Shown: positions 36,312 to 46,598, counted from the first letter of the stretch. The stretch: DNA of 64,000 nt from an uncultured Sphingobacteriales bacterium (GCA_963844325.1 CAWJNV010000002.1:3897824-3961823); one strand, 5' to 3'. The notes: generated from the letters alone by a model not told the origin. Made by a program: numbers and translations.

Positions 36312-38534
36312 ATGAAGAATATCTACATTGCCCTGGTCCTGTTTTTCCTGTGTATCTGCCACGCCCGGGCCACCCACATCGTGGGCGGCGAGTTTGAACT
36401 GCGCTACAAGGGCACCCGCGGTCTGGAGTATACGCTTACGCTGAACCTGTACTTCGACGAGATCAACGGCGACCCCGGCGCGGAAGACCCCAGCGTGCAG
36501 GCGGTCATCTTCAGCAAGCGCACCAACCAGCTGATGGACGTGTTCGTGCTGCCCAAAATAGCGCAGCAGCAGGTGTACTACTCCAACCCCGTTTGTACCG
36601 ACGCCCGGCTCAACACCCGCCAGATCAAGTACGCCAGCGACATCATCCTCAACCCGGCCGTCTACAAAGACCCGGAAGGCTATTACGTGGTGTGGGAACG
36701 CTGCTGCCGCAACCGGGTGGTCACCAACATCCAGGACCCGGGTTCGGCCGGCAACAGCTTTTACATGGAATTCCCGGCCGTGGCCTCGCCCGACGGCAAG
36801 CCCTTCATCAACAATTCGCCCACCTTCCTGGTGCCCAAGGGCGACTACGCCTGCATCAACACGCCCTTCGTGTTTGAGTTCGGGGCCACCGACCCCGACG
36901 GCGACGAACTGCGCTATTCCCTCGTGGCGCCCATCTCCGGCCACAGCAGCCGCAACTACCCCAACCCTTCGGCCCTCAACCCGCCGGTGTACCGCCCCGC
37001 CCCGTACCCCTCGGTGATATGGTCGCCGGGCATTGACCTCAACAACGTGATTCCCGGCCCGGCGCCGCTGCGGGTCAACGCCCGGACCGGCCAGCTTACT
37101 TTCACGGCCAACAAACTCGGCCTGTACGTGTTTTCCGTCCGCTGCGAGGAGTTCCGCGCCGGCCGCAAGATCGGGGAAGTCCGCCGCGACTTTCAGCTCA
37201 TGGTCATCGACTGCCCCGTGAACCTGGGCCCGGCCGTGCGGATGAAGGTTCCCGGCCAGGGGGGCTTCTACGTGGAAAGCCAGCTCATCACGATCACCGA
37301 CCCCAACCAGCGTTGCCTCGACCTGCTCATCACCGACGCCAACCGGCAGGAGAACGTGAAACTGACCGTCCGCCCCGTGAATTTCGGCGCCGACCTGGCC
37401 TCCGTTGCCCCGTCGGGCGGGGTGATCCAGGGGCCGGGCGATACGCTGCGGGCCAAGATTTGCCTGAGCACCTGCCTGGAAAGCCCGGGACCCTACTGGG
37501 TCGATATCATTGCCACCGACGCCGGCTGCCCGGCCCCCAAGAGCGACACAATGCGCGTGCAGTTCAACGTGCCGGTGCTGGCCAACGCAACCCCCGACGT
37601 GGTAACCTCCCTGCCGGGCAACGCCGGCTTCGTACGGGACGGCGAGACGCTTAACTTCGCCGTCACGGGCACTGACCCCGACGGCGACCAGATTTCCATC
37701 GAAGCCGCCGGCCGCGGGTTCAACCTGGAAGACCTCGGCATGTCATTCCCCGGCGGCACGGGCGCAGCCCCCCTCACTGCTCCCTTTTCCTGGAAACCGA
37801 ACTGCGACCAGGTACGGTCGGGCGTGGTCTACGTGGTGGATTTCACCGTGACCGACAAGCGTTGCCCCAACAGCACCAAAAAAGACGTGATCACCGTCCG
37901 CCTGGAGTACCAGGAGCGTGACAACGAACGGCCGGACGTAAGCACCGACCTGGCCGGTAACACGGCCGTCGTCAAACCGGGCCAGACCATTGCCTTCAAC
38001 GTGCTGGGCGCCGATGCCGACAATGACCCCATTACCGTCCGGGCCGTGGGCCGCGGGTTCGATATGGCCGCCACGGGCATGCAGTTCGAAAGCGGCAAGG
38101 CGGGCATCGGGCGCCTTACGGCACCCTTCTCGTGGTCGCCCGACTGCGCCACGCTGGAGGCGTTCGGCAGCTACTTCGTCATTGACTTCGTTCTCCAGGA
38201 CAACCGCTGCGCCGCCAACCGGGCCGATACCGTTTCGGTAACCATTGACCTGACGGACTACGAAGTGGTGCCCGGCGTATTTGAGCCCTACAATGTATTT
38301 ACGCCCGACGGCGACGACAAAAACCCCGCCTTCATGCTGCCCAACCTGCCGCCCGACAACTGCAAGGACCAGTTCCAGCGCATCGAGGTGTACAACCGCT
38401 GGGGCAAACTGGTGTACCAGAGCGGCCGCCGCGACTTCGCCTGGACCGGTGAGGGCTACCCCGTCGGCATCTACTATTACCTGATCAAATACCGCAACAG
38501 CGTCTACAAAGGCACGGTATCGTTGCTTAGATAA
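36312..38534 (+). CDS. T9SS type-B (gliding-motility-associated) C-terminal-domain surface protein with Ig-like/HYR-type repeats
   Basis: 740 aa with a signal peptide. Repeated ~100-aa modules contain paired Cys. The C-terminal YNVFTPDGDDKNPAFMLPNL...IEVYNRWGKLVYQS...YYYLIKY is the gliding_CTERM / CHU_C type-B sorting domain. Confidence 0.7.
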   Translation: MKNIYIALVLFFLCICHARATHIVGGEFELRYKGTRGLEYTLTLNLYFDEINGDPGAEDPSVQAVIFSKRTNQLMDVFVLPKIAQQQVYYSNPVCTDARLNTRQIKYASDIILNPAVYKDPEGYYVVWERCCRNRVVTNIQDPGSAGNSFYMEFPAVASPDGKPFINNSPTFLVPKGDYACINTPFVFEFGATDPDGDELRYSLVAPISGHSSRNYPNPSALNPPVYRPAPYPSVIWSPGIDLNNVIPGPAPLRVNARTGQLTFTANKLGLYVFSVRCEEFRAGRKIGEVRRDFQLMVIDCPVNLGPAVRMKVPGQGGFYVESQLITITDPNQRCLDLLITDANRQENVKLTVRPVNFGADLASVAPSGGVIQGPGDTLRAKICLSTCLESPGPYWVDIIATDAGCPAPKSDTMRVQFNVPVLANATPDVVTSLPGNAGFVRDGETLNFAVTGTDPDGDQISIEAAGRGFNLEDLGMSFPGGTGAAPLTAPFSWKPNCDQVRSGVVYVVDFTVTDKRCPNSTKKDVITVRLEYQERDNERPDVSTDLAGNTAVVKPGQTIAFNVLGADADNDPITVRAVGRGFDMAATGMQFESGKAGIGRLTAPFSWSPDCATLEAFGSYFVIDFVLQDNRCAANRADTVSVTIDLTDYEVVPGVFEPYNVFTPDGDDKNPAFMLPNLPPDNCKDQFQRIEVYNRWGKLVYQSGRRDFAWTGEGYPVGIYYYLIKYRNSVYKGTVSLLR

Positions 38535-38552
38535 AAAGGACAAACGAAAGTT

Positions 38553-38939
38553 ATGAGTTGGGATATTTTGCTGGTCAATTCCAGAACGCCGGTCGATATT
38601 GAGGCCGATGCGTACCCGCCCATTCCCCCGCGGCCCGAATTCATTGCGAAGGTGAACCAGGTGTTTCCGGGCGTTGACTGGTCGGACCCGGCGCTGGGCA
38701 TCCTCGACAGTGAGGACATTGTGGCCGAAATCGACCTGGGCGATGAGGACGACCTGGGCTACACCGTGCTGGTGAACGTGTACGGCGGCGAAGACCCCGT
38801 GGCGGCCCTCGTCCGGCTGTGCAAAAAGCACGGCTGGCAGGCCTTCGACGTTTCCACCGAAAGCTACCTCGACCTCGACAACCCGTCCCGGGAAAGCTGG
38901 GCGGATTTTGAACGCGGCCGGGGAACCGGTGGCGCCTGA
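38553..38939 (+). CDS. Hypothetical acidic protein (128 aa)
   Basis: ORF 19 bp downstream of the adhesin gene. No motifs recognised. Confidence 0.35.
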   Translation: MSWDILLVNSRTPVDIEADAYPPIPPRPEFIAKVNQVFPGVDWSDPALGILDSEDIVAEIDLGDEDDLGYTVLVNVYGGEDPVAALVRLCKKHGWQAFDVSTESYLDLDNPSRESWADFERGRGTGGA

Positions 38940-38959
38940 ACCACCTTGCCCAACTTCAA

Positions 38960-39994
38960 ATGCCAACCTTGACTGACTCTTTTGGTGACCGGCAAGAACC
39001 GCGGAAGCTGGGCGTGGCCCTCGTGGGACTGGGCAACTACAGCACCCTGCAACTGGCCCCCGCCCTCCAGCAAACCCGCCGGTGCCGGCTGGCCGGCGTG
39101 GTCACCGGTTCGCCGGAAAAGGCCGGGACCTGGGCCGCCAAGTACAACCTGCCGCCCGGCAACCTCTACAACTACGCCAACTTCGACGCCATCCGCGACA
39201 ACCCCGACATTGACATTGTGTACGTGGTGTTGCCCAACGCCATGCACGCCGAATACACCATCCGGGCGGCCAGGGCCGGCAAGCACGTCATCTGCGAAAA
39301 ACCGATGGCCCTCTCCGTGCGGGAAGGCCAGCAAATGATCGACGCCTGCCGCGCCGCCGGCCGCCAGTTGTCGGTGGGCTACCGGCTCTACTTCCAGCCG
39401 CACCACCTCGAAGCCCGGCGCCTCGGCACCGGCCAGGCGTACGGGCCGCTGCGGGTGGTGGAGGCCAGCTTGGGGTTTTCCATGGCAAACCCCAACTCGT
39501 GGCGCCTCGACAAAGGGTTGGGCGGGGGCGGCGCCCTGGTGGATCTGGGCCTTTACGCCATTCAGGGAGCCCGGCGGGTGGTCGGGGAGGAGCCCGTCGG
39601 GGTACGGGCCCAGGCTTTCAACACCAATCCCCAGGTGTTCAGGGGCATTCCCGAAACGGTGTTGTGGCAAATGCAGTTTCCGGGCGGGGCCGTCGCCAAT
39701 TCGAGCACCAGCTACAGTGCGTACGTGGACCGGCTGTACGTAGCGGCCGAACGGGGCGCCTTTGGCCTGGGGCCGGCTTTCAACGCCGTGGGCACGCAGG
39801 GCTACTCGAAAGAGGGACCCATGCAGTTTACCACCAAGCCTTACCAGCAGACCGACCAGCTCGACGACTTTGCCGGCTGCATCCTGGACGGCCGGCAAAG
39901 CCAGGTTTCGGGCGAAGAAGCCCTCAAGGACCTGAGAATCATCGAGGCCATCTGGAAGTCCATCGAGACGGATGCCGTGGTAAAAATCGCGTGA
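38960..39994 (+). CDS. Gfo/Idh/MocA-family oxidoreductase
   Basis: KLGVALVGLGNYS...VYVVLPNAMHAEY...GKHVICEKPMA is the classic Gfo/Idh/MocA N-terminal Rossmann region with the EKP motif. Confidence 0.8.
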   Translation: MPTLTDSFGDRQEPRKLGVALVGLGNYSTLQLAPALQQTRRCRLAGVVTGSPEKAGTWAAKYNLPPGNLYNYANFDAIRDNPDIDIVYVVLPNAMHAEYTIRAARAGKHVICEKPMALSVREGQQMIDACRAAGRQLSVGYRLYFQPHHLEARRLGTGQAYGPLRVVEASLGFSMANPNSWRLDKGLGGGGALVDLGLYAIQGARRVVGEEPVGVRAQAFNTNPQVFRGIPETVLWQMQFPGGAVANSSTSYSAYVDRLYVAAERGAFGLGPAFNAVGTQGYSKEGPMQFTTKPYQQTDQLDDFAGCILDGRQSQVSGEEALKDLRIIEAIWKSIETDAVVKIA

Positions 39995-39995
39995 T

Positions 39996-41030
39996 ATGGA
40001 AATTACCCAGTACAATCCGCGCTGCGTCCGCGTAGCCCTGCACGTAGCCTTTGGTGACGACGAAAAGGCGACGGTCCGGTTCTGCCAGCGAATGGGGATT
40101 GCCGGCGAAACCCTCCTTTCGCCGGCGGGCCACTTATCCCCCCACCAGTTTGAACGCATCTGGCAGGGGTTGCAGGAAGTATTCGGAACGCCGTACGTCG
40201 GGTTGTTGCAGGGGCAACGGATCGGGCTCTCCAGCGGGGGCTTCGCCAGCCTCATCGCGCAGGTAAGTCCCACGCTGCTCGACGCCATGAAGCAGTTTGG
40301 CCTGCACCACGCGTTGTTCACCGACCCGGCGTACTACCAGTGTTTCGGGGCCTTCAGCCGGGGCGAAGAAGCGGGGTTCGAAATTACCCTGGCGCCCGTG
40401 ATCCGGGAGCACAGCCCGGTCTTTGCCCGCAGTACCGCCGAATGCATGTTCGTGGTGCTGGTGCGGGCCCTTTGCGAATACGGCAAGCACCCGGTCCGTC
40501 CCGTGCGGGCCGAACTGGCGTTTGACCCGCCGGCCGAACCGGAGGCTTACCGGGAAGCCCTGAAGGCGCCGGTCACTTTCGGCCACGGGCACAACCGCCT
40601 GTATTTCCGCCGCCGCGACCTGGAGCGACCCGTGCTGACCCATAATGCCGCGCTGTACAACCATTTCCAGGAAGTAGTGCGTATGCACCTGGAGGAACAA
40701 CGGGACCATTCGCCGGCCGACCGGGTGCGCACCACCGTCCTCAAACGGCTCAACAACCACCAGGCTACGACCATCGAAGGGGTGGCGCAGGACCTGGCGG
40801 TTTCGGTCCGGTCGCTCCAGCGCCAGTTGGAAGGGAACGGCGTGACGTTCGGGCAACTGGCCGAGGAGGCGCGCCGCGAGGTCGCCCTGCAACTGGTGGG
40901 CCGCGGCAACCACTCGGTGGCCCAGATCGCCGCCCTGGTGGGGTACGACGAGCCCAGTTCCTTCCGGCGGGCCTTTAAACGCTGGACGGGCCAGACGCCC
41001 AAAGCCTTTCAGGCCGTCCGCAAGCCCTGA
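39996..41030 (+). CDS. AraC-family transcriptional regulator
   Basis: The C-terminal ...VAQIAALVGYDEPSSFRRAFKRWTGQTPKAFQ is the AraC HTH signature. The start codon is 2 bp after the oxidoreductase stop. Confidence 0.8.
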   Translation: MEITQYNPRCVRVALHVAFGDDEKATVRFCQRMGIAGETLLSPAGHLSPHQFERIWQGLQEVFGTPYVGLLQGQRIGLSSGGFASLIAQVSPTLLDAMKQFGLHHALFTDPAYYQCFGAFSRGEEAGFEITLAPVIREHSPVFARSTAECMFVVLVRALCEYGKHPVRPVRAELAFDPPAEPEAYREALKAPVTFGHGHNRLYFRRRDLERPVLTHNAALYNHFQEVVRMHLEEQRDHSPADRVRTTVLKRLNNHQATTIEGVAQDLAVSVRSLQRQLEGNGVTFGQLAEEARREVALQLVGRGNHSVAQIAALVGYDEPSSFRRAFKRWTGQTPKAFQAVRKP

Positions 41031-41476
41031 GCAACCCCGCGCTCCGATGCCTCAAGCCTTTTTTTAGCCCGCAGCACGTCTTTTGCCATTTGCTGCCGGA
41101 ACATCACCCGCACGAGCGGCGACAATACCTTCCACCAGCCCGGCAACTCCACGTGGGCTTCGTAGGTAAAGCGGGTACCCTCGGGGTGGGGTTCGAACAA
41201 CCGCTGTCCCCAGGCCCGCATCGGCCCCTGTACGGTGCGGAAGGCCGTCCGGCGGTCGGGCTCGGCAGCCACCACGTCGGCAATGAAAACGACCTCCCGG
41301 CCCATCATTTGCATGACTTCGCGGGTTTGCATGGGCACCGACGGCGGCCCCGGCCGGTCCTGCTGCATGGACACTACGCCGGTGCGCCAGTGCACGTCGT
41401 TGTCGTACCAGCCCAGAAAGGCGTACACTTCGTGCGGGGGCCGGTGAATGAGTTGGGTTATGCGGATGGTGATCAT
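41009..41476 (-). CDS. SRPBCC (Bet v1/polyketide-cyclase-like) family protein
   Basis: 155 aa, with size and pattern resembling SRPBCC ligand-binding proteins. It converges on and overlaps the AraC gene by 22 bp. Confidence 0.4.
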   Translation of the reverse strand: MITIRITQLIHRPPHEVYAFLGWYDNDVHWRTGVVSMQQDRPGPPSVPMQTREVMQMMGREVVFIADVVAAEPDRRTAFRTVQGPMRAWGQRLFEPHPEGTRFTYEAHVELPGWWKVLSPLVRVMFRQQMAKDVLRAKKRLEASERGVAQGLRTA

Positions 41477-42033
41477 GCCGTTACGGAGGAAGAGCGGGTG
41501 GGCAATTGGTAACCGAGCAGTTTGCCGAGGCGGGCCAGGCCGTACAACAGCCGGCCCGTGGCCCCGGTCATCGTCTGCACGTCCCGGAAATGGTCGTACA
41601 TGAGGCCGGCGTAGACCAGCGAACGCAGTTCCCTGATCGAGTTAAGCCGGCCCGTCCCGATCAGGGCGGCGTACATCCGGATCAGTTCCTCGAATCGCTT
41701 GCCGGGTGATACCTGGCAGCGGTACAGGCAGGGAACGTCGCGGGAGTTGCGGATGGTGTGTACGTGGCCGGGCGGAACGGTAAAGGTTTGCCCCGCACCC
41801 ACCGGGTGCCATTGGTCGTGCATAAAAACGTCCAACCGGCCCTCCAGCACGGTAAAGGTTTCCGTCATGGTGCGGTGGAGGTGGCAAGGCACGTCGGCGG
41901 CCCGGGGACTCGCGTAAAAGATCAGGTCGGAAATGCCCGGCGTGGTGCGGAACCACACTTTGCCCCGGAAGGCGGGTTCGAAAGTAGCATCCGGCCGGGT
42001 GTCCGGAACGGCCGGTAAGTCTTGGGTTTGCAT
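41473..42033 (-). CDS. Cupin-domain protein
   Basis: Internal start MQTQDL.  It contains HLHRTMTETFTVLEGRLDV...VPPGHVHTI, the two-His cupin motifs. Confidence 0.55.
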   Translation of the reverse strand: MQTQDLPAVPDTRPDATFEPAFRGKVWFRTTPGISDLIFYASPRAADVPCHLHRTMTETFTVLEGRLDVFMHDQWHPVGAGQTFTVPPGHVHTIRNSRDVPCLYRCQVSPGKRFEELIRMYAALIGTGRLNSIRELRSLVYAGLMYDHFRDVQTMTGATGRLLYGLARLGKLLGYQLPTRSSSVTA

Positions 42034-42261
42034 GGTTTTGAGGAAGCGTTTATGGGACAAAAATAAACCATGCCGGCCCGGCGGCAGGTGACACATGACG
42101 CCAAAAAAGAGACAACCGGTGCCAATCTGCCCGGAGGCAACCAAAAAAAGGGGCCCAACGAACCGCCGGGGCAAAAGGGCGGGTCACTGGGCCGGAAGGG
42201 ATGATGCGGAGAGCAGGCAGGGCGGGGGCCGGAAAAGGGTTGGGGGCGCAACGAAAGCGGC

Positions 42262-42627
42262 TCAGGGCTGCGCCTTGTCGCCCGATACTTCCTGCCCCAT
42301 CAGTTTGAGGGTGAGGCCCGTCACCTTTTTGCTCTGCCCGTCCCGCGTAAATACGTAGAGGGTGCCGTACGAACTGGTGGATTTAAAGGTGTCAGGTTCG
42401 TCCTGCGGAAGCAGTTTGTAGTTGCCGTTGCCGTCTACCTCGCCGAACAGGGCGCCGTCCTGCGCGGTAACGGTGGCCGTCTGAAAGAACTCCTTCATTT
42501 TGTAGGTGCCGGTGTAGTCGTTCAGGTCGGCCCGGGGCGTGGAAGCCGGCGGGATCACCGGACGGGGGTAAGACCAGACTAATCCGAAAAGCAGCGAAAA
42601 ACCGTACAGCAGTAGCATGATTTTCAT
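42262..42627 (-). CDS. Hypothetical secreted protein (121 aa)
   Basis: Signal peptide MKIMLLLYGFSLLFGLVWS. No further motifs recognised. Confidence 0.4.
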   Translation of the reverse strand: MKIMLLLYGFSLLFGLVWSYPRPVIPPASTPRADLNDYTGTYKMKEFFQTATVTAQDGALFGEVDGNGNYKLLPQDEPDTFKSTSSYGTLYVFTRDGQSKKVTGLTLKLMGQEVSGDKAQP

Positions 42628-42759
42628 GGCGTTGGCGGATTTAGGTGAAGGATAGAGTCAATATAAACATCTTTTTCCAAAACCTCCTCGGCCGCCCGCC
42701 TAAATCTTCGCCAACCCGCCTTGTGCCGATGGGACGAGTACGTAGGTGTACCGACAAAC

Positions 42760-42893
42760 GGTTGTATGGCTGAATGGCTGAATGGCTGAATGGTTATATG
42801 GCTAAATGGCTGTATGGTTGACCGGATAGGTCATAGACCATGTAACCATTTAGCCATTCAGCCATATAGCCATTCAGCCATACAACCATTTGC
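42760..42893. repeat. 8-bp-word palindrome (CCATNNNN family)
   Basis: ggttgtatggctgaatggctgaatggctgaatggttatatggctaaatggctgtatgg ... ccatttagccattcagccatatagccattcagccatacaacc. Confidence 0.75.
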
Positions 42894-42907
42894 TAGAAAG
42901 ACGCCAC

Positions 42908-44023
42908 CTACTTGATCTCGGGGGCCAACGGGCCGTCGGGCTTGAGGTACGGCTTTAGTTGGGCAAAGGTAAATACAAAGCTGTCGTCAGGTTGCCGGGC
43001 CAGCACCGCGTTTGGGAACCCGAACGGGTAGTAAAAAGTGATGCCCTCTTTGGTGACGGTAAAGTCGTCCAGGTTCTCCACCGTGAAGCGCTTGCCGCTC
43101 AGCAGTTCGTCGAGCCACGTGGCCTCTTCGCTGCCGGCCGCCGCCTGCCGGGCTTCCTTCACGCGGGCTTGCAGGCGTTTGTCGGCCTGCCGGGCCAGTT
43201 CCGGCAGGGCCGCCGGCAGCAGCAACTGACCGATGGGCAGCCGTTCCCCCGTCCGGGTGCTCAGCACCAGCCGTTCGGTGGAAAAAGACAAGTAGGCGCC
43301 GAGTGATTCAAACTGCACCGACAGGGCCAGCACGCCGTTGCGGTTGTAATCCACCGAGTAGCTCGCATGGACCAGCCCGCAGCCGCACCCGGCAAAGTTT
43401 TCCCTGATTTCCGGCTCCGTCTGGTCGGCCAGCTTCCTGACGGTGAGGTGCGCCTTCAGCTTCGCCAGGGCGGGGTGTCCGGCGGGGCCGGTCACGCGGG
43501 GAAACGAATATTCGCCCTCCGTGCCGTTGGGCCCTTTTACCGAAAAGCGGTACGCCGTGACGGTGACCGCGTCGGTGGTTTCGCCCGCGCCGGCCGGGGC
43601 TTCCTCCAGGGCAAGGGGCAACGTTTTGTCGCTGCCGGGTTTGCGCCAGGTGCCCGTTACGCCCCCGCCGGCCCCGATCTTGCCCGCAAATTCGCCCGTT
43701 ACCTGCCCCTTGTCGTCGAACTCGCGGAGGGAAAACGTGCCGTCGGCTTCCACCGTACCGGCGAGGCGAATCTGCTGGCCCACTTTGGTGTACGCGTAGC
43801 TGCCCGTCAGGGCCGTGCCGTCGCGCCGCAGGCGCATGGTGACGGGGTACTTGCCGGCGATGCTGCCCGCGTAGGTTTTTTCGGCGGCGCCAGCCGTTTT
43901 TGCCGGTGCCGCGGCCGGGGTGCGGGCTTGGGCCTTACATTCGCCCGGCCGCAGGGAAAAAGCCGCCAGGCCCAGCAGCAAGCCGAGCCGAAGGAGGGGG
44001 ATCAGGTGCGTAAACAATGGCAT
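42908..44023 (-). CDS. Secreted hypothetical protein (DUF3298/RsiV-like C-terminal region)
   Basis: 371 aa with a signal peptide. A CGCG pair is present. The C-terminal ...FTVTKEGITFYYPFGFPNAV... resembles DUF3298. Confidence 0.4.
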   Translation of the reverse strand: MPLFTHLIPLLRLGLLLGLAAFSLRPGECKAQARTPAAAPAKTAGAAEKTYAGSIAGKYPVTMRLRRDGTALTGSYAYTKVGQQIRLAGTVEADGTFSLREFDDKGQVTGEFAGKIGAGGGVTGTWRKPGSDKTLPLALEEAPAGAGETTDAVTVTAYRFSVKGPNGTEGEYSFPRVTGPAGHPALAKLKAHLTVRKLADQTEPEIRENFAGCGCGLVHASYSVDYNRNGVLALSVQFESLGAYLSFSTERLVLSTRTGERLPIGQLLLPAALPELARQADKRLQARVKEARQAAAGSEEATWLDELLSGKRFTVENLDDFTVTKEGITFYYPFGFPNAVLARQPDDSFVFTFAQLKPYLKPDGPLAPEIK

Positions 44024-44151
44024 GGCGCGTTGATTCGGTGGGGCAATGATGCATTAAGAATGGGCCACAAAGGCACCAGGGCACAAAGAAACACGATTTC
44101 GATCACGTAGTCAGGCAATCCCGTGACCAAGTGCTCATTTGGGTACGTAAT

Positions 44152-44871
44152 CTACCCTTTGTGTACGTCTTTGAACCGGAGCATGTCCGCAAGGCGCTGT
44201 TCCTTATCGTTGTCGAAGCCGCAGGTGCTCCTGAATTCCTTCGGGTTGCGGTACGTACCGAAAAGCATGTCCCACCACACGATGTCGCCGTAATTGTGGG
44301 AATGCTTTTCGTACTCGTGGTGGATGCGGTGCATTTCCGGCCGCTGGAAGATGTAGCCGATCCACTGGGGCGTCTGCACGTTGGTGTGGTAAAAAAACTC
44401 TCCCAGGGCGGTGCACAGCGTGTACACGGCGCCGGCCTCCGGGCTCAGTCCCAGCAGCGTGTACACCAGCAGGCTGCCAATGACTGAATTTACCGTCATT
44501 TCCAGTGGATGTTTGTAAAAGGAGGTAATTACTTCGAGCCGCTGCGGGCTGTGGTGAATCTGGTGAAAACGCGTCCACAGGAAGTCATATTCGTGCCGCC
44601 ACCGGTGCCACCAGTAAAACACGAACGTAGCCATGAAGTACGCAATCATGCCACCGGCCCCGTCGGGCACGTAGTCCGACAGGTGGAAAAGGCTTTCCCG
44701 CGAAAGCCATCTTTCCCACGACACCCCGGCCAGCACCACCACGCCGAGCTGCACGAAGTTGACGGCCAGGACCCGGACCGTCCAAGTGGGTACCTCGGGC
44801 AGTTTCCAGCCCGGCAGCAGGCGTTCGAGCAGGAAACAAAACCCGAACACCAGGAAAATGATGGTTAACAT
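44152..44871 (-). CDS. Sterol desaturase / fatty-acid hydroxylase superfamily membrane protein
   Basis: His boxes HRWRH, HQIHH and HRIHH lie in a polytopic membrane protein. Confidence 0.75.
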   Translation of the reverse strand: MLTIIFLVFGFCFLLERLLPGWKLPEVPTWTVRVLAVNFVQLGVVVLAGVSWERWLSRESLFHLSDYVPDGAGGMIAYFMATFVFYWWHRWRHEYDFLWTRFHQIHHSPQRLEVITSFYKHPLEMTVNSVIGSLLVYTLLGLSPEAGAVYTLCTALGEFFYHTNVQTPQWIGYIFQRPEMHRIHHEYEKHSHNYGDIVWWDMLFGTYRNPKEFRSTCGFDNDKEQRLADMLRFKDVHKG

Positions 44872-44915
44872 AAGGTTTGCTGTTTGTTACTAGGTTGTAG
44901 TAGAACCCCGTCGGA

Positions 44916-45587
44916 TCAATAAACCGCGGCAACCGGTTCGGGCCGGGCTTTTCGGGAAAAGAGCTTTTTGAGCAGAAAGGTGAGCAGCATGGCCAGCATG
45001 GCGCCGCAGTAGGCCAGGCCCATGTCCTTCTGGGCGTCCCACACGTCGCCCTGCGTGCCCAGGTACGCCACGCCTTCCGCCGGGAAAAACACGTCGGCCA
45101 CGGCCCACTCGATGAGTTCGTACAAGCCGCTGAAGGAGAGGGTGATTTCCACGGGCAGCGTCCAGCACACCCAGGCGGGCCAGTCGAAGCGGTTGCGGAA
45201 AAAGTCGCGCATGGGGTAAGCCAGCAGGAAGCCGAAGCTGAAGTGGACGATGCGGTCGTAATGGTTGCGGGCCAGGTGCAACGCGTCTTTCAGCCAGTAG
45301 CCCAGCGGGTTTTCGGCGTAGGTGTACTGCGCCCCGTAAATGTGCAGCAGCAGGTACACGAACACCAGCGTATAGCTCAGGTCGCTGAGCCGGAACCGGC
45401 GGTGGGTTGCCGCCAGGGTCGCCAGGAACAAGGCGGTGAGGGTATTTTCGGTGTACCAGTTGGTGCGGTCGGTGGTGAAGGCGAACGTCGCCAGCCAGGC
45501 GGCCAGGAAGGCCACCAGGTACACTTGCAGCAGGCGGTTCCGCCCGAACGGCGTGCGGTCCGGGGAACCAGTCGTTGTGAATTGCAT
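44916..45587 (-). CDS. Polytopic membrane protein (DUF2238/YjdF-like)
   Basis: Internal start MQFTT. It has several TM helices. No catalytic motif recognised. Confidence 0.4.
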   Translation of the reverse strand: MQFTTTGSPDRTPFGRNRLLQVYLVAFLAAWLATFAFTTDRTNWYTENTLTALFLATLAATHRRFRLSDLSYTLVFVYLLLHIYGAQYTYAENPLGYWLKDALHLARNHYDRIVHFSFGFLLAYPMRDFFRNRFDWPAWVCWTLPVEITLSFSGLYELIEWAVADVFFPAEGVAYLGTQGDVWDAQKDMGLAYCGAMLAMLLTFLLKKLFSRKARPEPVAAVY

Positions 45588-45794
45588 ACGTAGAAGGAGT
45601 TGAGGTACCGGCAAACGCCTGAACCTTGCATTTGCCGGTACCAAAATAACGGCCCGGCCCGCCCCGAAGAAACCCGTGCCGGGGCGGTAACCGCCCGGTG
45701 CCGGGCAGCCCGCGTCAGGATTCGTCCCGTTGCGCAGGTTTGCGGGAAAAATGTACCGCGAACCGGGGGAAAACCTATGTTTCATTTTATACTA

Positions 45795-46140
45795 CGGTAC
45801 ACGACCTCACCCCCAACCCCTCTCCCGGGGAGCTACGATTAGGACACTTTATCTTTTCATCAGGATGAGTACCTTAAAACGCTTTTGGTACCGTCAGGGA
45901 GACACGGGCGGGCGGCCTGCGGACCCTTAGCCGGGTTGATTCCGGGCCGTGGTCAGTTTCGGCTTCGCCGCCGTCAGGGTCTCACTGACGGCTTTTTTGC
46001 GCATTTCGAAGATGTGTCCCAAGCGTAGCTCCCGGGGAGAGGGGAGAAGAATGTGTTCTACAAATATTTGTACAACAGTCCGTTATATCTCCCCTCTCCA
46101 TTTGGAGAGGGGCCGGGGGTGAGGTCGTGTACCGTAGTAT
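45795..46140. repeat. Composite palindromic element of the cccctctcc/ggagagggg family, interrupted by a ~180-bp insert
   Basis: Left half ggtacacgacctcacccccaacccctctcccggggagct (45795-45833). The right part is a full nested palindrome agctcccggggagaggggag...loop...ctcccctctccatttggagaggggccgggggtgaggtcgtgtacc (46016-46140). The insert 45834-46015 ends with the hairpin gccgtcagggtctcactgacggc followed by tttttt. Confidence 0.7.
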
Positions 46141-46148
46141 AGTTTCGT

Positions 46149-46424
46149 TTACACCGATTCGTATTCTTTCAGGATTTTTTCCGTTTTGGCGCCGGTGATC
46201 CGGTTGATGAGTTTGCCGGCTTCGTAGTCGTCGCGCAGCGTTTTAGCCAGGGTGAAGCAGGAGGCCACCGTAAATACCGTACCCATCATCAGGTAGCCCT
46301 TGATCCACAGGTCGACGGGCAGGTAGCAGATGCCGATGACCAGGAGGGTGAATGATAAGGCGAAAGAAGCCCAAACCTGGAAGCGAAAAGCCGCCGTGTT
46401 CTGATTCGTTAGGGGAGTTTCCAT
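46149..46424 (-). CDS. YiaA/B two-helix membrane protein
   Basis: METPLTNQNTAAFRFQVWASFALSFTLLVIGICYLP...MMGTVFTVASCFTLAKTLRD is the YiaAB family pattern. Confidence 0.55.
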   Translation of the reverse strand: METPLTNQNTAAFRFQVWASFALSFTLLVIGICYLPVDLWIKGYLMMGTVFTVASCFTLAKTLRDDYEAGKLINRITGAKTEKILKEYESV

Positions 46425-46598
46425 TGTCTTGCTGTATGCTTGATTGATGAACCAAAGGTAGGGGAGGCCCGCCGGGGGAGAAAACCAGGTTTGGAAGAAT
46501 ACGGATTTTTGAAATACCTGATTTTGTGAATTAAATATTTGATAATTATGCAGTTGTATAATAAAATACTTATTTCGTAAAATGCGTAAAACTTTGCC

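Noticed and set aside
45925-45950. tRNA-like T-arm (ccgggttgattccgggcc)
   Set aside because: No acceptor stem/CCA context, anticodon arm or D-arm could be assembled around it. It is more likely part of a terminator-bearing insert.
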